Source: Scenedesmus sp. PABB004 | Lineage: Eukaryota | Direction of reading: 5' to 3' | DNA: 64,000 nt | Assembly: GCA_014905635.1 (NCBI GenBank) | Contig: JABVCE010000019.1 | Coordinates: 310,001 to 374,000, forward strand | Part shown: positions 58,883 to 64,000 of the stretch, piece by piece | Numbering within the stretch: position 1 is the stretch's first letter | Layout: each line of letters begins with the position of its first letter | The notes under the pieces: model-generated | What the model was told of the DNA's origin: nothing | Seen by the model: the letters and a program-made list of their open reading frames with translations, nothing else | Databases searched by the model: none | Position numbers and translations under genes: made by a program

Positions 58883-61800
58883 TCACTTGCCGCCGTTGGC
58901 CGCGCCGCCCGGCGGCGGCGGCGGCGGCTTGCGCTTGGCCGCAAAGGGCCGCAGCAGGCGGTCGAAGTCGGTCAGCGTGCAGCCGTCGCCCGCGTGCAGG
59001 TCGGCGCGCGGCCGCGGCGGCAGCGTGTGGTTGCCCTTGGCCGGGATGACCTGCGGGCGGCCGCGGCGGGCGCGCCGCACGGCGTGGGCGAGCGGTGGTC
59101 GGCGCGCTGCCGCAGGAGGACGAGCCGCGCCGCCGCAGGGGGGCAGGCCTGCACACCGCGCCGGGGCAGAGGCAGGCCGCGCCGCGCCGCGCCGCGCCTT
59201 GGTCGGGTCGTGCGCCGCGCCGGGCGTGAAGAGGATTTCGGTGCGGAAGCGCTCCGGGTGGCCCGCCGGGACGGCCATGTTCTCGTACAGCCGGATCACT
59301 GGCGGCGGCGGCGTGTGGTTTGGGCGGTTGATAGGGGTTGAGAGGGGGTTCGGAAGGTGGAGAGGTGGGGGCGGTGCAGCAGGGGCGCGCGGCGGCGCCA
59401 GCCCAGCGCGGCTGCTGGCCGGCCCGCCCGGGCGAGAGACTCAAAGGGACGCACCCAGGTGGGTGAGGTAGTCGAGCTCCCGCGTGGCCGCCAGCATGGC
59501 GAGGCCCTCCTCGCTCAGCAGCGGCGGCAGCGGCGCCGGCGGGCCGCCGCCCGCGCTGCCGCCCGCGCCGCCGGCGCTGCCTGCGCTGCCGGGGCGCGCG
59601 CCGGGCTCGCCCGACGCCGCGGGCGGCAGCGCTGCCGCGGCGTCGCTGCCGCCGGGGCGGAGGTCGAGGCTCGCGCGCGCGCTCGCGGTGCCGCCGCCGC
59701 CCGCCGGCGTCGTGCCGCCGCCCGCGCCGCCGCCCGCGCCGAGCAGCTCGTGCCTGCGGCGGCGCGGCGGTGCTCGGCGGTGCGTGGGTCAGCTGAACCC
59801 CGCGGGCGGGGCTCTCAAGCCCTTAAACCGCATCAGGGTGCCGCGCCGCACCTGAGGTGGCAGAGGCGAAGCAGGTTGACCAGGCTGTGCATGTGAGACT
59901 CGCTCGTGAAGTAGATGCGCGTGCGCACGTGCCTGTGGGTGTGTGGCGGCAGCGGCGGTCAGCGGCAGTGGTGGTCAGCGGCGGCAGCAGAGGCGCGGGC
60001 GTGCGCGGCGCAGGCAAACCAAATTCACGCTCCGGCGCACCGCAGGGGGCTGTTGATGTCGCTCGCATAGTTGGGGCACAGGCGGTGCATGAACTCGGCC
60101 TCGCTGTCAAAGTCCCACTCGCCGTCAAAGCCCTCTTCGCCGCCCGCCTCGGCCTCCGCCTCGTCGCCGCTCGCGTGCTCGCCCACGCCGCCGGCGGCGC
60201 CGGCGCCGCCAGCGGCCGGCGACGCCGCCGCGGCGGCCGCGGCCGCGAGCGTCGCGCCCGCGCTGACGGAGCGCGAGACGGTGGCGCCCTCGGCCGGCTC
60301 GCCCGCGCCGCCCGCGCTCGCGTCGTCGGCCGCAGCGGCGCCGGGCTCGCCCGCGCCGGCGCCGGCGCCGCTGCCGCGCCGCGCGCCGCTGTTGCTGCCC
60401 TCGCGCGCCGCGCGCAGCGCCGGCATGCTCTTGCGCGCGAGCGGCGGCTCGCCGGCGCGGAACGGCTGCCCGCCCGCGGCGCCGCCCTCGCCGCCGGCCA
60501 GGCCGCAGTGCTCGGCGTCGGTGAGCGTCGCGAGCGACTCGTCCCTGCGGCGCGGGCGGTGCACGGCGCGCGGGCAATCAGTGTCAGCGGGGTCTGTCGG
60601 GCAAAGGGGCAGGAGGCACGAAAAGCCTGCGAGACCCTGGCTGCCAGCACGCCCTCAGCAGCCTCCCCGCCGCCGCGCACCGCGAGACGCGGAGGTCGTC
60701 CAGCAGCTTGGCGAGCAGCTCGGCCGCGATCTTGGACCCGATGGCCAGCCGCCCGGCGCCGTCCACGCCGTACCTAGTGTTGGGTGAGCGCGGGCGAGGC
60801 GGACGGGTTGGCGTGAGGGCCTGCCTGCCTGTGGAGCTGTGCGTGTGCGCGCGGCTGCACGCGTGGCAGCGGCTGCGGTGGCCGGCCACCGCGGCCCCCG
60901 CGCGCGGCGCGGCGCGGCGCGCACTCGTTGGGGATGACCGCGTCGGCGAGCGCCTTTGCCTCGGCGTACAGCTCCTCCAGCACGCCCAGGCCGAGGTGCC
61001 CGTTGTGCAGCGCGTCGTACTTGGCGCAGTCGTAGATGTCGGGGACCTGCTTGGTCGGTTGGTTGTGCGTGTGTGCGTGTGTGAGGTGGTGGATGTGAGA
61101 GTTGGAGGGAGCGAGGCGGCACGCGGCGAGGGGGCGCGGTGAGAGGCAGCAGCGCAAGGCAGCGGTCCGCAGCACGACTGCGCAGCACTGCAATGTGGCG
61201 GCGGCTGCGGCAGTTGCTGCCCGCCCGCACGCCTCGCTCGCGCCTTGCTGATGTCGAAGCGGCCCTTCTTGCAGAACGACCTCTCCAGCTTCTTCCAGCG
61301 GTCAAACATGAGCAGCAGGCGCTCCCCGCTGCACGGCTGGTCCGGCTCGAGCGCCCAGTCCTGCGGCGGGGGCGGGCGGGGCGCAGGAAGAGACGGTCGG
61401 CTCGCAGAGGGCGGGGCGGGGCGGGCTGGCGGGCGCAGAGGGCGTGCACGTGTGTGCAGGCCGGCCGCAAGTGCCGGCGCCTCACCGCCTGGTCGTGGCT
61501 CAGGCTGCTGTAGCGCCCGCCCGCGCCGCCGCCAAACGCGCCGCCGGCGGTGCCGCTGCCGCCGCCGCCGCCGCCGGCGCCGCCGCCGCAGCCGGGCGCA
61601 GTCGACGGCCGCGGCGGCGGCGGCGGCGCGCCGAGCGCGGCCGCCTTGGCGCCGGGCTGGGCCGCCGCGCCGGGGGCCTGCTGACTCGTCATGCTGGCCA
61701 TACTGCGCAGTAGGCTGCTGTCGCCGCCGGCGCCGGCGCCCGGGTCGGTGCCCGCGCCCGTGCCCGCACCCGCGCCCGCGCCGCCCGCGCCCGCGGGCGG

Positions 61801-64000
61801 CGCCGCCGCGGGCGGCGCCGCCGCGGGCGCGGCCGCCGCCTCGGCAGCGGCGCCGAGGTCGCTCGCGCTCGCGCTCGCCGCGCTCGGCGCGCCGGTGCGC
61901 TTCTCGGCCAGCACGAGCTGCCGCAGCTGCGGCGCGGGCGGCGGGGGCGCGGCGGCGGCGGCGCGGGCTGAGCGAGCCGCCGACGCACAGGTGGCGACAC
62001 AGGGCGCAGCACACACAGAGCGCAGCACACACAGCCCGGACAGCGCCGGAGCGCACGCGCACAGCGCCGGCGCCACTCCGCGGCGCCGCATAAAGCCGCA
62101 AAGAGACGGTGCCTGGCATCGCGGCCGCACCTGCTCGACCATGAGGGACATGAGGTCGTTCAGGCGCCGCAGGTGCTGCAGCGGCGCGTCGGGCATGTGC
62201 GCGATGGTCGGCCCCGGCGGCGCCTCGCCGGCGGCGGCGTCGCCGCCGCCGGCGGGGCCCGAGCCCGAGCCCGCCGCCGCGAGCCCGCCCGCGCCGCCGC
62301 CGCCCGCCGCGGCGGCGACCGCGGTGGCCGCGGCCGCCGCAAACGCGCCGCCGCCCGCCGGCGCTGGCGACGGCGCCGCTGCGCCACCGCCGCCGGCGCT
62401 GCCGGCGCGGCCGACGGCGCCGGGCGGGCTGCCCGGCGGCGACGTGGCCGCCGCGGGCGTCGGCGCGGGCGTGCTGGCGCGGCTGTACGGCGCGAGCGCG
62501 GCGCTCGTGGCGGTCTCCGCGTCCCAGGTCATGGCGGTATAAAGCAGCTGCTTGGCGCGGCGGATGTCCTCGCTCGCGCCCTGCGGCGGGCAGGACGGCG
62601 GCCGCGGCCCGGTGGGCGGCGGTCGGTGCCGGCGGCGCGGGGGCGCCCTTGCCCGCGGCCCCGAGCTCGCACGCGGCCCCGGGCTCGAGCCTTAACCCCG
62701 CCGCGTAGCGCCGCACCTTGCCGAACGCGTCGAGCATGCTGGCGTCCTTGGTGACCAGGCTGACCTGCAGTCATTGGGGGTTCGTGGTTCAGGTGTGAGC
62801 GGTTTCAGCCCGAAGCGACGAGCGCCCAGTGCGCGGACAGGGCCAGCCCGCGCCCGGCCGGCGCGGCGCACGGCGCCGCGCACGCAGCACCGCCGCGCGC
62901 GGCTCACCAGGATGGGTGTGAGGCTGCTGCCCTCGAGCGCGAGCAGGCCCTTGGCAAACGCAGCGGCGGACGCCTGCACGGCGCGGGCGGCGGCGGGCGC
63001 GCCGGCGTCGGCGTGCGCGGGCGCGGGCGGAGCGGGCCCTCCCGGCTGCCAATCAGGCCTAAACCCTGAACCCCCAGCCTCTGTCTCGCCTGCACGCGGC
63101 CCTCGTCGCTGCTGTAGATCTTGAGGTCGTGGCGGTACGTCGAGTGCAGGCGCAGCAGGCCGCCGCCGGTGGAGCCGTACCTGGCGGGGTTCAGGGTTGA
63201 GGGGCGGCGGCGCGGCGTGAGAGGGCGGGCAGCTGAGGCGGCGGCGAACGGGGCCAGCCGCGAGCAGGGGGCCGGAGCATGCGCCCTTCTCTTGCTCTTC
63301 TCACCGCGGGTACATGACCAGTCGGAAGACCTTGCCCAGCTCCTCCGCCTGATGACACAGATGGTGGTGGCGGGCGGTCAAAGTTGGTTTGTGGGTTCGA
63401 AGAAACAAAAGGATTGCCAAGCGCAGGGCAGGTGCGCGCGACGACCAACCCCTAGACCCGCCAGCCCCAGCCCCGCGGCGCACGCCCCGCCGCCGCACCT
63501 GGGCGCGGCCCGCGTGCGTGAGCACGCCGCCGTACTTCAAGATGAGCAGCACCTCCTCCAGCTGCCCCTGCGGCGCCGCCGCCGCCGCCTCCTTGCCGCC
63601 CCCGCCGCCTGCTCCCCATCGGCCGCAGGCGCCGCCGCCGCCGCCGCGTCGCCGGCGCCGGCGGCGCCGGCGCCGGTGGCGGGCGGCGCCGCCGCGTCTG
63701 GCACGGTGCTCCAGATGAGGGGCTTGAGCTGGACCTTGCGGTTGATACCGCTGAATTGGCCGCCCTGGCGGCGGCGCGGCAGAGGGGGGGGGGGGGAGTT
63801 GGGCGCGCGGGTGAGCCAGAGGCGCCTCTCAGGGCCCGCTCCTGCAGGGAGCCGCCTGGTTGCGCCCGCTCGCCGCCCCAGCCGCAAGCCTCCGGGGCCC
63901 TCGGGCCCGGACGCGAAACCAGTCGTTGCTTAAACCCCGCGCGGTCGCAGCTGGCCTAAACCCCGCGCACCTGCTCGAGCACGGTGCGCACGATCTGCAG
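58883..64000 (-). CDS. VIP1: Inositol pyrophosphate synthase VIP1/PPIP5K, C-terminal histidine-phosphatase-like region; 5' part outside the window
   Basis: [130 protein letters not shown]. Apparent frameshift at ~63600. Confidence 0.96.

Overview
This is very GC-rich, intron-dense eukaryotic nuclear DNA, most consistent with a chlorophyte green alga. The evidence is TGTAA poly(A) signals, short introns and TTTAGGG-type motifs; a Selenastraceae-like taxon is inference only. Most ORFs in the supplied track are GC shadow frames, so genes were rebuilt exon by exon. In order: a COG0523/CobW GTPase (3' end outside the window), an LRR protein, a small secreted orphan, a secreted alpha/beta-hydrolase-fold protein lacking its catalytic Ser, a GPI-anchored surface protein, a SulP/SULTR transporter, a TBC protein with degenerate catalytic fingers, RsmG/GidB, a double-AP2 protein, and a head-to-head pair of secreted Cys-rich/PAN proteins. 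The plus-strand member of that pair is triplicated in a ~5.8-kb tandem array that also carries inverted pseudogene copies of the neighbouring F-box/LRR gene. After the array come TIM13, a SpoU/TrmH methyltransferase, CSN7 and the 3' part of VIP1/PPIP5K. The most notable unexplained signals are: (1) telomere-like TTTAGGG motifs near intron 5' ends and CCCTAAA motifs near 3' ends, polarised with transcription on both strands; (2) frequent AG|GC splice donors; (3) an inverted, internally deleted copy of the SULTR promoter and exon-4 acceptor inside a SULTR intron; (4) paired head-to-head TGTAA signals between convergent genes. Several single-base frameshifts in G/C runs look like assembly errors. 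No CRISPR array, tRNA, rRNA or recognisable transposase was seen.
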